Below are positions 1 through 11,321 of a stretch of DNA of 64,000 nt, one piece after another (the stretch's first letter is position 1; every line of letters starts with the position of its first letter). The position numbers and the translations under genes are program-made. The notes below the pieces were generated by a model. The model saw only the letters and a list, made by a program, of their open reading frames with translations. It was not told the DNA's origin and ran no database searches. The stretch is from contig CAVYRJ010000008.1 in assembly GCA_963770935.1 (NCBI GenBank), positions 1 to 64,000 on the forward strand. The letters are read 5' to 3'. Source of the DNA: Candidatus Bathyarchaeota archaeon (lineage in GTDB: Archaea > Thermoproteota > Bathyarchaeia > Bathyarchaeales > Bathycorpusculaceae).

Positions 1-330
1 AAGAAAGTATCAATAGGTTTGAGGGACTTACTCTTCGAGGCAAGCTTGAGAACATGCTTTTCAATAGTCATCGTTACTCCTGGCGGAATAACGTAAACAT
101 GGTCCGGTTCAACTGGAATCCCATCTTTGACTGCTTGGACGGGCATTTTGGTAAATCTTGAAAGAATATCGGTCAGCATAATTTTCTTGGCCAGCGGCCA
201 GATGTTGAATAACGACAAATGACAATCCTGTATCGACTGGTAAACATTCGAGCAAAACTTTGAACGCTTCTAAGCCGCCCGCTGAAGCGCCTATTCCTAC
301 CGTGATGACTGATTGTTCAAATTTGGACAT
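1..330 (-). CDS. CheB-type methylesterase domain protein (CheB/CheR-like), N-terminal part; frameshifted near 180 and running off the window
   Basis: VGIGASAGGLEAF...VVIQHL is the CheB catalytic Ser/His motif region; CheB-like text (VQAVKDGIPVEPDHVYVIPP) continues in another frame. Confidence 0.8.
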
Positions 331-373
331 TTTGTGAACTCCATTTTACACATTTGTTCGCTTTTTCGTCTTT

Positions 374-2258
374 TTACAGAGGAGGTAAACGCACAATGAA
401 AGTTGTTCCTTTACCTTCTAGGCTCTCAAAAGAAACGGTGCCGCCTAATGCTTCAGTCATGCGCTTAATCACTGCTAAGCCAAAGCCTTGACCCTTCGAT
501 TTTGTGGTAAACATTGGTGTAAACAATTTGCCTTTCACCGCTTCGGGGATCCCAACACCTGTATCCTTAACAGATATCACGGTATCGTTTGCGTCTTTGT
601 ACGTGCGAATAATAAGTTTGCCTCCTTTTGGCATCGCTTGAACAGCATTATTCACCAAATTAAACATTATGCGGCTAATGAAAGTGGAGTCAGCAACAAC
701 TTTTTCAGTTTCGACATTAACAGTTACTTTAACGTTTTTGGGCAGATTATTTTTAGTTAATAAGTCATCGATTACATGTTTTAGGTCTGTTTCTTCTGCA
801 CGAGGGTTAAGTGGTCTTGCGAAGTCTTGCAGGTCAGCCACAATCTTGTTAATGTAATCAACGTTCTTCTCAATTTCTGTAAGACTTTCTTCAATGCTTT
901 TTTTCTCATCACTCGCAGGAGTTGAAGCCAATTCTGTTTTAGCCAAATAAATGTCGCCAGTTATAGCCTGCAGTGGATTGCGAATATCATGACCAACCAT
1001 ACCCGCAGTCGCACCAATTGCGGCTAAACGTTCAGAATCCTTTAGTTGTCTTAGTGCGTTCTTCAACCAAATTCTCCAAATGCGCACTATATTCTTCAAG
1101 CTTTAGCTCCATTTCTTTGCGTTGACTGATATCATGAAAGACAAGTACAACACCGGTGACTTCGCCATTTTGGTCTTTTATTGGTGCACCGCTATCGTCA
1201 AGAGGAACTTCGCTGCCATCTTTTCGAACTAAAATTGTGTGATTAGCTAGCCCAATTATCATACCTTTCGCAAGCACTTTGGAAACTGGGCTTTCAACTT
1301 CCATGCGGGTTTCTTCATTAATTATATGAAACACTTCGTTGAGTGGTTTTCCTAAAGCTTCTCTAACAGTCCAGCCAGTAGATTCCTCTGCCACTGTGTT
1401 CATAAATGTCACAGCTCCAGAAACGTCAGTGGCAATAACTGAGTCTCCAATGCTTGATAGCGTAGTTGCCCAGCGTTGCTCGCTTTGATGCAGAGAAGCT
1501 TGCGCTTGCTCTAAGTCAGTTTTCGAGGCGGTTACATTTTTCAGGTCAGCCGTCATTTGATTGAAAGCACGGGATAAATCGCTAATCTCGTCGTTTCTTT
1601 TGGCTTCTATAACGTAAGCTAGGTTTCCAGACCCAATTGTCTTGATTCCCTCTTGAAGTTCCGATACCGATCTTAGTGTTCTTCGAAAAACCATAAGGTA
1701 AATTGTTGCTAACAAAGCACCAAAGGTACCTACAAGAGAAACAATGAGTAAAATGTTTGTTTGATTTGTTTGTTGAGCTTGTTCGTCTAAGGAACGCGAT
1801 AATTGTGTAGCGTGAGTGTTAAGAGTCTGGCTTTGAAGTGCCAAGTCGCTCCATCTGGTTTGAAACTCAGGGTCAATTCTAACGCTTACATTTCGAGGAG
1901 CATTCTGCAAATAAACGATTAACTCGTTAAAAAGGGCGTCAATAGTTTGTAGATCTTTGGCAGTGAAGTTAGCAAGAGTTTGTTGCTGCACATTATTGGG
2001 TTTAAGGTTTGGTAAATCGTTAGAAAAGGAAGAAATCGTGGTTTGCCATCGGGAAATCTGTAAATCTTCTTGATAGAGAAAATAATCGATTGACACACTG
2101 TTTAACCTGCTTGCCCCCTGCTCGATGTTGCTAGCGATTGTTTTTTGGGCGTTAAGCTGAGTTATCTGCTGTTCCGTATTGGCTACTGAGGCGGCAATAA
2201 TAACCAGTATTACACTAAAGACAACGATGCATATTGTGAATTGGGTTTTTATTTTCAT
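374..2258 (-). CDS. Membrane sensor histidine kinase (2 TM, HAMP, PAS, HisKA, HATPase); one frameshift near 1050
   Basis: ORFs 1032-2279 (TM, HAMP 'DEISDLSRAFNQM', PAS) and 374-1099 (H-box GHDIRNPL, N-box NLVNNAVQAM, DTGVGI, GQGFGL). Confidence 0.9.
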
Positions 2259-2271
2259 GTTTCCATTTCCT

Positions 2272-3288
2272 CTAGCCAATTACGTCTACTGATTCTGGTT
2301 TTACCGAATTTAATCCCTCTAGGTAAATATAGTTTAGAAAATCAGGAACCAAAGTTCGAGTAGTGAGATTGTTTTTTATCATCCAACGTGCCTCGTTTTC
2401 CATGGCAACTACAAGCGATTGATCGAGGGAAAGTGAGAATTCGTTGCGAGCCCAAACGGTTGTCATGTAATCATCCGTGTAATTCATTTTTTTCTGCACA
2501 ATAGCTTTTGCTTCATTAGGATGCTGAATCATATAGTCCTCAGTTTGACTCATAGATTTTAAAAATCTTTTTACCAACTCTTGATTCTGAGTAAGCCAGT
2601 CAGCTCTGCAAGTTATCAAACCATACAACATCTGCTTGCCCTGCACCGCCCAAACCACGGCATCATCGCCGAGTTGCTGGCGTGCAGTTTCAACATAAGG
2701 AGGAAAAGAAACCACTGCATCAACGTCACCGTTAATAACCATATTAGCAGACTGGGCGAGAGTAATGTTCACAAGAGTCACCTCAGATATGGTTAGACCG
2801 TTAAGTTCAAGAAATCTTCCAAGATAGAACTCCATAACTGTTCCCCTAACAACCCCAACTCTTTTTCCGGATAGATCGGAGATGTTTTCGATCCCTCGAT
2901 CTTTTCGCGCAACGATGGACGCAAAATCGGTTTTTGCCACACTTCCAATAGTTTGTATATTCTGGTTGCCTAAAGCCTTACCAACTAATATGTACTCAGC
3001 GCACCATGCCATGTCTACCTCGCCCTTTTGCATATCGTTTACCGCGTTCAGCCCGACGTCATAATATTTTAAAGTTACATTCAAACCATTGTTTGTAAAA
3101 AAGTGCTGGTCTTCAGCTACGAAACCTGGAGCTACAGATTCCAAGAAAGTTGTACCCAAAATAATTGACTCTAACGGTCCAACATAAGGTTTCTGAGAAT
3201 TAAGGTAAACAAATGAGCTTAAAATAATGGCTACAACCAAAATGATAACGGCCAGGATTATGAACTTTCGTTTTTTAGAGGCTGCCAT
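2272..3288 (-). CDS. NMT1/THI5/SsuA-like solute-binding protein, probably the sensory partner of the downstream kinase
   Basis: N-terminal membrane anchor, 'ISDLSGKRVGV..GT' motif; no permease or ATPase nearby; abuts the kinase gene. Confidence 0.8.
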   Translation of the reverse strand: MAASKKRKFIILAVIILVVAIILSSFVYLNSQKPYVGPLESIILGTTFLESVAPGFVAEDQHFFTNNGLNVTLKYYDVGLNAVNDMQKGEVDMAWCAEYILVGKALGNQNIQTIGSVAKTDFASIVARKDRGIENISDLSGKRVGVVRGTVMEFYLGRFLELNGLTISEVTLVNITLAQSANMVINGDVDAVVSFPPYVETARQQLGDDAVVWAVQGKQMLYGLITCRADWLTQNQELVKRFLKSMSQTEDYMIQHPNEAKAIVQKKMNYTDDYMTTVWARNEFSLSLDQSLVVAMENEARWMIKNNLTTRTLVPDFLNYIYLEGLNSVKPESVDVIG

Positions 3289-3418
3289 GTTATTTGTCCT
3301 CAGAAGCTAAAACTTACTACAAATGGATGGTTGTACGCATATATAATTATCGCTTAGAAGCCTCAAACTTGCCTGACTTATATTTAGATGAGATTAAGAG
3401 ATTGATGCAGTCAGATTG

Positions 3419-3910
3419 CTAAAATCTGTCTTTTTCACTATCCCTCCAAGCATCAAAAGCAAAACTGGTCAGTGCCCAATGCCAACCACGCTTTTCTGCA
3501 ACATGCTCTCCAAACTCCTTCTCCAAACGCTTGTTCATTCTTATGATTCTTCTGCTTATTTGGTGGCGAGTAACTTTGAATTTTTCAAGGTTAGATTGCA
3601 AATCTTTTGGCAACAAACCTGGACTGCCTGCTTCAAAAAGCAGTTGCAGAATCTCCCGGTCAACCTCGTCTTCACAAGCAATCCGCTCAATTAGCGACTG
3701 CTCAAAATTGAAAGAGCCCTTCAAGCCAGCAAAGATTGTGCGAAGCATCAGCTTGACCTCTTCAACTTCTGCTAAGGTCTGTTTGAGGAGTTGCTGGTTA
3801 TACTTCAACCGACCTATCTTATCGCTTTGGCTTCGCTTCTTTTTCTGGTTCTGAACAGGTTTTTCGGTTTCTTCCATGTCAAAATGCACACTCCAAGTTT
3901 TCTGCTCCAT
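3419..3910 (-). CDS. Hypothetical winged-helix DNA-binding protein of the integrated element
   Basis: Coiled-coil N-terminus then a wHTH-like segment (DREILQLL...GLLPKDL...RHQISRRI...WALT). Confidence 0.55.
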   Translation of the reverse strand: MEQKTWSVHFDMEETEKPVQNQKKKRSQSDKIGRLKYNQQLLKQTLAEVEEVKLMLRTIFAGLKGSFNFEQSLIERIACEDEVDREILQLLFEAGSPGLLPKDLQSNLEKFKVTRHQISRRIIRMNKRLEKEFGEHVAEKRGWHWALTSFAFDAWRDSEKDRF

Positions 3911-4080
3911 CAACGCATGGCAAAATTAGCAGTGGGTAATCAGGACCAACCAACTGCAGAAAAGTGACTTGTGAAAAGCATGGACTTTTCCCATGCCAAA
4001 CGCTTAGTGCTAAAATGGCTTTTGAACAGGTTTTTACTGCCATTATTGCGATTCTAAAGTTGGGCTTTTCTGGGATCTTC

Positions 4081-5079
4081 CTAAGACACATAGCTATTTC
4101 CTCCATCTGCAGAACCCTTAGCGAAGTCTTGGGTGCCCTCAGAAACTACAAGCTTGCCCAAAATTTCAGCAACTCTTCCTAAGTCACAACCCATCTTCTC
4201 CAGTTTGGCAAGGCTGCCTGAAATCTTCTCTAAATCACAAAGAACATTGTCAAATTGACCTTCAAGTTTCTTGACCCGCTCAGGCATTAGCAAGTACTCA
4301 ACTGCAGCGTCGCGCCCAAGGTGATCAAGCTCGCCCTCATCTTCTCCTGGGCTATCATCGATGACTCGTTTGGGTGTGCTTACTGTAAAGTAGCGGTTGA
4401 GAAGATTAGCGACAGGATCATCAACGCCTAACTCGTGGCGTTTGTTTATTTTGCCATCGCCTAAAACGCAGCCGTACTTACTCATCAAGCCCTTAGCGAC
4501 GCGGTCAGCCAAGGTTTTAGCAGTTGTCACTAACTCTCCGGGACTGCGACCATACAACGTTTCCACATGAACAATCCAAGACGTCGTCGTATGCCTAACC
4601 TTGACACCTTGCTCTAAACCCAAAAGAGCCGTCCAATTCTGCATCTCAATTCGCTTAAAATCGCCCGATGGATAAACGCCCTCACGCAAAACCGGAAACT
4701 TGAAAAAACATCGATGAAGCCGAAAGACGCCGCTGCTGAAAAGTACTCCCTCACATGATATGAGAAAGTTTTGACCTCGCTCAGTCAACTCATAATCTAC
4801 AAAGTTGCTGCGCTTTAATCTGCGGATTAAGCCTGCCTTTTCCAGCTTCTTTACGTAGTAATCGACATGCTGTTTGCTCCATCCACGGACACGCCCTATC
4901 TTGGCAGGATACATCTTAACCTCAATGCCCTTAAGGATCGGAAGGACTCGGGAGCGAACGGTAGAGAAGTCAAATTTGACTTTGGACTTTGAAAGCGAAA
5001 TATTTTGACTTCTATCGACAAGCTTATCTTCCAAAAAAACGCCTCTATTTCGGGAGACTTCTGCTCTTTCTTTTCTCAT
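4081..5079 (-). CDS. wHTH-domain protein with uncharacterised C-terminal domain and coiled coil; candidate replication protein of a mobile element
   Basis: MarR/ArsR-like wHTH (SKQHVDYYVKKLEKAGLI...YELTERG), then RLH..FKF and DDSPG..EGELD motifs; mobile-element context. Confidence 0.5.
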   Translation of the reverse strand: MRKERAEVSRNRGVFLEDKLVDRSQNISLSKSKVKFDFSTVRSRVLPILKGIEVKMYPAKIGRVRGWSKQHVDYYVKKLEKAGLIRRLKRSNFVDYELTERGQNFLISCEGVLFSSGVFRLHRCFFKFPVLREGVYPSGDFKRIEMQNWTALLGLEQGVKVRHTTTSWIVHVETLYGRSPGELVTTAKTLADRVAKGLMSKYGCVLGDGKINKRHELGVDDPVANLLNRYFTVSTPKRVIDDSPGEDEGELDHLGRDAAVEYLLMPERVKKLEGQFDNVLCDLEKISGSLAKLEKMGCDLGRVAEILGKLVVSEGTQDFAKGSADGGNSYVS

Positions 5080-5731
5080 TAGAAAAAGGTAGACTTTGGC
5101 TTATTGTTGGATCAAGCCTTGGGTCATGACCTAAGTCCATAAGCTTTTGGTTCATGAGTTCGATACCTAATGATTGCGAAAGCGCGGCGCCAGCCATGAA
5201 AGCCCTCTTTGTATCATTGTTTACGGGGATATTGTGACTTTTTAACGCTGGAATTATTTCTGATATCAGAATCTTCATGAATTCGTTGGTGTATTGCTCT
5301 CCAAATCCTTTACGTCTTTTGCTTTTGTCACTGTGAGGCCTCCGTTTTCTGCGATCTAAGCTCAAGGCTGAACAGGCATTGCTTGAAGCAAGACGGTTAA
5401 CTGACTTCCTGCCTGCCAAAGAAGGCTCTGAGCAACGTCCACACCAAAAAACTGCATTCAAAGCAAAAGAAAACTTGCCCAGAAAACGCCATGAACTAAG
5501 CTGTCTCCTTTTCAAGTACTTGACAAGAACGCGAGAGCAATGCCTCGACAGGAGTAGCGTATTGTGTCTTACTTCCATCGTTCCAATATAACCTTCCGGC
5601 ACTGAAGGCAGTTGACCATCTTCTGGTTTATCAGAACCTCATTATTCGAAGTTTGCCACAGGTTGTTTCCTGACAAGGATACATTGCCGCAGAAAAGCGT
5701 GCAGTTTCCACATATTCTTCTCGACGGTCAT
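5045..5731 (-). CDS. Chain of small overlapping hypothetical genes (including a Cys-rich peptide); frames disrupted
   Basis: AGGAG-preceded ATG at 5731; segments CQETTC...NCLQC and LSLDRRKRR...; overlaps the next gene. Confidence 0.35.
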
Positions 5732-5886
5732 TTACTATATCTCCTAGTCGCCAACTGATTTCTTCGGACTTAGAATGCGTTTTTCTCCGAAACAAAGGAA
5801 AAAGGGAAGGAAGCTACCGAGAAGTTATAACAGCGTTATCGCCATAACAGGCGAATGATTACGAATTTGAAGGCGATGCCACGTTG

Positions 5887-5916
5887 TTGGGGCTTCAAAT
5901 CCCACCCCCTGCACCA
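5887..5916 (+). mobile_element. Degenerate tRNA 3'-end fragment (Leu-like); putative att site
   Basis: TTGGGGCTTCAAATCCCACCCCCTGCACCA = T-arm plus acceptor 3' strand plus CCA, with no 5' tRNA half upstream. Confidence 0.7.
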
Positions 5917-5981
5917 CTATGGTCAAATAGTAAGGGGGTCCCGCCTGGCGATGTTGCTTAGTTTTTTGGCTAATTTTCATG

Positions 5982-6190
5982 TTAAAGCTTCCTTTTCTTA
6001 AAGATTTTAGCGCCGTCAAATTCGGTAACGTACTCGAATCCTGACTCGATTAAAGCACATATTTCTTTTTCAGTTTTCGCGACCTTAGAAATATACTCGC
6101 ATTCGCCTTGAAAGAGAGCTTCTTCAAGTTGAACGTACATCAGCGTGTTTTTGATGCTTTTATGGTCTAGTCGTTGCATGACATAGACTG
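5982..6190 (-). pseudogene. C-terminal remnant of a tyrosine recombinase/integrase
   Basis: YVMQRLDHKSIKNTLMY (His and catalytic Tyr region) plus tail AKTEKEICALIESGFEYVTEFDGAKIFKKRK; N-terminal part absent. Confidence 0.8.
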
Positions 6191-6601
6191 TGGGTGTGGC
6201 ACCTCAGCAGGCAACTCAAGCTCAGAAGTAGTAGTCGAAGTGTTTTTTTTTCTTCTATTTTTGCAGTCTTTTCTGCAACCATCACTGAAAAGAAAATAAA
6301 ACATAGAGAATCGAAATAGCAATTTTACCTATCAAGTACCAGCGAATTTAATTATTCTCTTGATTCCACTGCTCCATCCTGGGGCTCCTATTCGTATACA
6401 AGATATGCCAGTAGCGACTTCAAACTCTCAATACCAATAGGATCTGCAAAAGATCGACGTTTGATTCTGTTGGCGCAAATGATAAAGAATTGGTAGTTTC
6501 TACCTAAAATTTTATATTAGTAGAACCTATCTTTTGGGCAAAACCCTCCCAAATGGTAACTGGGAAACCGACAGCCAATCTCTATAACCATAAAATGCTG
6601 A

Positions 6602-7324
6602 ATGGTTGAAACTAACCGCATGAAAGTGAAAATGAAGTTATTGGTAGTGGCAATCACTGTCTTAATACTCTCAGCTGGCTTTGCGTCATACTTAAATTTG
6701 ACAAAAAATGTTGTAGCCGCTAAACCAATTCGGGTTGCATGTGTCGGTGACAGCATAACCGAAGGAAGCGGATACCCCTATAGGTTACGACTATTGCTGG
6801 GATCCAACTATGTGGTGGGTAATTTTGGAGTCAGTGGTTCTACTGTGTCACTCAAATCTAGCAAACCATACATGTATGAGAGTAAATTCAAAGATGCGAT
6901 AGATTTTCATCCAGACATTATTGTTATAATGCTGGGTACTAATGATGCTAATGCAGAAATTAGCCAGAATGGAGATAGTTTTGAAACGGATTATTCAAAG
7001 TTGGTGTCCGCCTTTGAGCAGCTTGACGGCAAGCAACTAATTTGGATCGTGAAATCACCACCAATTTTCACTAGCAACTCAAGCTACAACAATACTTATC
7101 TCGAAAACAACGTACTTCCACAAATTGACCAGTTAGCTGACCAAATGAACCTTCCAACTGTTGATCTATACGATGCATTGGACAACCATGCTGACTTTTT
7201 TTTGGATGGAGTGCACCCTGATGACAATGGAGCGTCAATTATTGCCCTTAATGTGTATGATGCAATAACTTCGCCTGATGGCTCACCAGACGAATCTTAC
7301 TTTCGTTATGGGTACTTAGGTTGA
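6602..7324 (+). CDS. Membrane-anchored SGNH/GDSL hydrolase-family protein
   Basis: N-terminal TM; GDSIT, NFGVSG, LGTND and DGVHP blocks. Confidence 0.9.
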   Translation: MVETNRMKVKMKLLVVAITVLILSAGFASYLNLTKNVVAAKPIRVACVGDSITEGSGYPYRLRLLLGSNYVVGNFGVSGSTVSLKSSKPYMYESKFKDAIDFHPDIIVIMLGTNDANAEISQNGDSFETDYSKLVSAFEQLDGKQLIWIVKSPPIFTSNSSYNNTYLENNVLPQIDQLADQMNLPTVDLYDALDNHADFFLDGVHPDDNGASIIALNVYDAITSPDGSPDESYFRYGYLG

Positions 7325-7416
7325 ATTTTTTAGTTTCAGCGCCTTCGTTTTGGCTTAATTGCTTTTTGGTATATAATGCAAACAATTAATAGTAAAATAA
7401 ACAGTAAGAAGAATAG

Positions 7417-8514
7417 ATGTTACAGGAATCTGAATCATCCCAAAATAATGAGGGTCTTGATCTTCCCGTAGACCTTATCCGTACCATAGCAATAATTTTG
7501 GTTATTCTGCTTCACGCATCTATTGAGGCTGTTCCAAACATCGACATCATGTCACCTCAAGGAGTCCAACTCTGGTGGACATCAAATGTCTACAATTCCA
7601 TATCACGGACAGCAGTACCATTGTTTGTCATGTTAACTGGTGCTCTTTTGCTTCAACCAAACAAAGCAAATGAGCCACTTAGAGTTTTTTTTAAAAAACG
7701 TTGGAACAGAATTGGGATTCCTGTGTTGTTTTGGGGCGCAATATTTTTTGCATGGGATTCTTTCGTTAAGGGACAGCTGTTAACGCCGGTTTCTTTCTTG
7801 CAGGGTTTACTTACGGGACCATACGTTCATTTTTGGTATCTGTACATTTTGATTGGATTATACCTTATCACACCTCTTGTGAGGGTAATTGTGGCTCATG
7901 CAGACTGGAAAATCATTAAATATTTTCTAATTATCTGGTTTGTAGGCACAGGCATAATACCTCTTCTTACTTTGTATGCAAGCATTAGCCCTCAGACGGT
8001 ATGGTTTAGGCAAAATGTTTTTGTCTTAAGTGGACTGCTAGGATACTTCATTTTAGGTGCCTATGTAGCTAAACTGCGGCTTCGAACCTCAATTCTCTCT
8101 TTAATGTTGGTATTAAGCTCGGTCTTTACGATATTAGGCACGTACTTCTTAATTGCGACTTTGGGCGAGCAGTATAGCCAATTTTTCCTTGATGCTTCAA
8201 GCTTTAGCGTAATAATCGCTTCGGTAACATTGTTTCTTTTGTTGGCATCTGTACCTTACCAAACGATTGAGAGGAAAATTCCACGTGGCAGCAAAGCACT
8301 TCAAGTGATCAGTCAAAACACACTTCCAATTTATCTGTTCCACGTAATAGTCTTAGAAACGCTCCAGAAAGGATACTTGGGCTTTAAAATCAGTGTAACA
8401 AACTTGAATCCTATAATTGAAATTCCTCTAATTACCGTTGTGACTCTGCTGATATGTTTAGCTATAATCATACCGATAAAAAAGATACCATACGTGAAAA
8501 GAATTATCGGTTGA
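7417..8514 (+). CDS. Acyltransferase-3 family membrane O-acyltransferase (copy 1)
   Basis: DLIRTIAIILVILLH, VPLFVMLTG, HFWYLY and PIYLFH motifs; about 10 TM. Confidence 0.9.
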   Translation: MLQESESSQNNEGLDLPVDLIRTIAIILVILLHASIEAVPNIDIMSPQGVQLWWTSNVYNSISRTAVPLFVMLTGALLLQPNKANEPLRVFFKKRWNRIGIPVLFWGAIFFAWDSFVKGQLLTPVSFLQGLLTGPYVHFWYLYILIGLYLITPLVRVIVAHADWKIIKYFLIIWFVGTGIIPLLTLYASISPQTVWFRQNVFVLSGLLGYFILGAYVAKLRLRTSILSLMLVLSSVFTILGTYFLIATLGEQYSQFFLDASSFSVIIASVTLFLLLASVPYQTIERKIPRGSKALQVISQNTLPIYLFHVIVLETLQKGYLGFKISVTNLNPIIEIPLITVVTLLICLAIIIPIKKIPYVKRIIG

Positions 8515-8620
8515 AAGCCAACCAAATAATCATATTCAAATGATTTATTGCGGCTTCTAAACTCATATAGATAGGAAAAATTTAAACCCTAAAACCAACG
8601 AATTAGCAACTAGCTGTACT

Positions 8621-9520
8621 TTGAAATTGATCAAAATATCATTTACCCGAACGTACCAAACTTACATATCGGGCAAACAAACGTTTGATAAGATAAGCCT
8701 TAAAAAAAATATCGCCGAAACTTACTCCTTCATAAGCATTCTAGTTGGCTACATACTTGTTGCTCTTTCATTAGGACCTTACCATAATGGGGATACAGCA
8801 TGGGAATACGATGCTGTATTGGGTGTAATGAAGTATGGCTTACCCTATGCAAATGGTTTATACTTGATGGACCAGCCGCCTTTGGGCTTTTACATCCAGG
8901 CAGCATTCTTCAAAGGATTTGGTTTATCGATTAACAATGGAACTTTCTTGGTTACTTTGTTTGGGCTTGGATGCGTTGCCTTAGTTTATGCAATAGGCAA
9001 GACAATGTTTAACAAGACCACAGGTTTTTTTGCTGCTTCACTATTTGCCTTTAGTCCTTGGCACCTTCTGCTTTCCAGAACATTCCTAATTGACGTGCCA
9101 TGCCTATTTTTTAGTCTTCTTTCATTTTTTACAGGAATAATTGCAATACGAAAGAATTCATTCAAACTTTTTTTTGTCTCCGGGTTAATTTTTGCTGCGG
9201 CTTTTGTCACAAAATTATACGCCGTCTATATCCTTATCCCATTATTAGCCTTCCTTTTCTATTATGGAACAAAAAACGTAAAGCGCACAATAAGCTGGTT
9301 GGTAGTATTTTCTCTGCCTGTAATATTGATTTCTTATTTGTGGTACCAAACAATTGTAGGAATAGGAGTAAGCTCAATTTTTTTCCATCCTGACTTTTTG
9401 GTTCATGAAGCAAGCAGCGTTGTTCCATCATACTTTTTTGCTGGCAATTTCATAGTAAATTATGGTTTAGGCTGGTTTTTCGTTGATGCCGCAATCCTAT
9501 CAATAATCATTTGTTTTGCG
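8621..9520 (+). pseudogene. GT-C (ArnT/PMT-like) glycosyltransferase, 3'-truncated at the duplication junction
   Basis: Matches the first ~300 aa of 11322-12749, then runs into SGNH sequence. Confidence 0.8.
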
Positions 9521-9521
9521 G

Positions 9522-10025
9522 AATTTTGGAGTCAGTGGTTCTACTGTGTCACTTAAATCTAGCAAACCATACATGTATGAGAGTAAATTCAAAGATGCGA
9601 TAGATTTTCATCCAGACATCATTGTTATTATGCTGGGCACTAATGATGCTAATGCAGAAATTAGCCAGAACGGAAATAGTTTTGAAACGGATTATTCAAA
9701 GTTGGTATCCGCCTTTGAGCAGCTTGACGGCAAGCAACTAATTTGGATCGTGAAATCACCGCCAATTTTCACTAGCAACCCAAGTTACAACAACACCTAT
9801 CTCGAAAACAACTTACTTCCACAAATTGACCAGTTAGCTGACCAAATGAACCTTCCAACTGTTGATCTATACGATGCATTGGATAATCACGCTGACTTTT
9901 TTTTGGATGGAGTGCACCCTGATGACAATGGCGCTTCAATTATTGCCCTGAATGTTTATGATGCAATAACTTTGCCAGATGGCTCACCAGACGAATCTTA
10001 CTTTCGCTATGGGTACTTAGATTGA
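9522..10025 (+). pseudogene. SGNH hydrolase copy 2, 5'-truncated (lacks TM and catalytic GDS)
   Basis: Starts at NFGVSGS; near-identical to the C-terminal part of 6602-7324. Confidence 0.85.
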
Positions 10026-10116
10026 ATTTTTAGTTTCAGCGCCTTCGTTTTGGCTTAATTGCTTTTTGGAATATAATGCAAACAATTAATAATAAAATAG
10101 ACAGTAAGAAGAATAG

Positions 10117-11214
10117 ATGTTACAGGAATCTGAATCATCCCAAAATAATGAGGGTATTGATCTTCCCGTAGACCTTATCCGTACCATAGCAATAATTTTG
10201 GTTATTTTGCTTCACGCGTCCATTGAGGCTGTTCCAAACATTGACATCATGTCGCCTCAAGGAGTCCAACTTTGGTGGACATCAAACGTCTACAATTCCA
10301 TATCGCGGATAGCCGTGCCATTGTTTGTGATGTTAACTGGTGCTCTTTTGCTTCAACCAAACAAAGCAAATGAGCCGCTTAGAGGTTTTTTTAGAAAACG
10401 TTGGAACAGAATTGGGATTCCTGTGTTGTTTTGGGGCGCAATATTTTTTGCATGGGATTCTTTGGTTAAGGGACAGCTGTTAACGCCGGTTTCTTTCTTG
10501 CAGGGTTTACTTGCGGGACCGTACGTTCATTTTTGGTATCTGTACATTTTGATCGGCTTATACCTCATCACGCCTCTAGTGAGGGTAATTGTGGCTCATG
10601 CAGAATGGAAAATCATCAAATATTTTCTAATTATCTGGTTTGTAGGCACAGGGATAATACCTCTTCTTACTTTGTATGCAAGTATTAGCCCTCAGACGGT
10701 ATGGTTTAGGCAAAATGTTTTTGTCTTAAGTGGATTGCTGGGATACTTCATTTTAGGTGCCTACGTAACTAAACTGCGGTTTCGAACTTCAATTCTCTCT
10801 TTAATGTTGGTATTAAGCTCGGTCTTTACGATATTTGGCACGTACTTCTTAATTGCAACTTTGGGCGAGCAGTACAGCCAATTTTTTCTTGATGCTTCAA
10901 GCTTCAGCGTAATAGTCGCGTCAGTAACATTGTTTCTTATATTAGCATCTATACCTTGCCAGACGATTGAGAGGAAAATTCCGCGAGGAAACAAAGCACT
11001 TCAAGTGATTAGCCAAAACACACTTCCGATTTATCTGTTCCATATAATAGTCTTAGAAACGCTCCAGAAAGGATACTTGGGCTTCCAAATAAGCGTAACA
11101 AACTTGAATCCTATCATAGGAATTCCACTAATCACCGTTGTGACTCTGCTAATATGTTTAGCTATCATTATACCGATAAAAAAGATACCATATGTGAAAA
11201 AAATTATTGGTTGA
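10117..11214 (+). CDS. Acyltransferase-3 family membrane O-acyltransferase (copy 2)
   Basis: Same length (365 aa) and motifs as copy 1. Confidence 0.9.
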   Translation: MLQESESSQNNEGIDLPVDLIRTIAIILVILLHASIEAVPNIDIMSPQGVQLWWTSNVYNSISRIAVPLFVMLTGALLLQPNKANEPLRGFFRKRWNRIGIPVLFWGAIFFAWDSLVKGQLLTPVSFLQGLLAGPYVHFWYLYILIGLYLITPLVRVIVAHAEWKIIKYFLIIWFVGTGIIPLLTLYASISPQTVWFRQNVFVLSGLLGYFILGAYVTKLRFRTSILSLMLVLSSVFTIFGTYFLIATLGEQYSQFFLDASSFSVIVASVTLFLILASIPCQTIERKIPRGNKALQVISQNTLPIYLFHIIVLETLQKGYLGFQISVTNLNPIIGIPLITVVTLLICLAIIIPIKKIPYVKKIIG

Positions 11215-11321
11215 AAGTCAACAAAATAAACATGTCTCAAACGATTTATTGTCGCTTCTAAGCTCAGTTATATAGGAAAAATTTAAACCCTAAAACCAAC
11301 GAATTAGCAACTAGCTGTACT

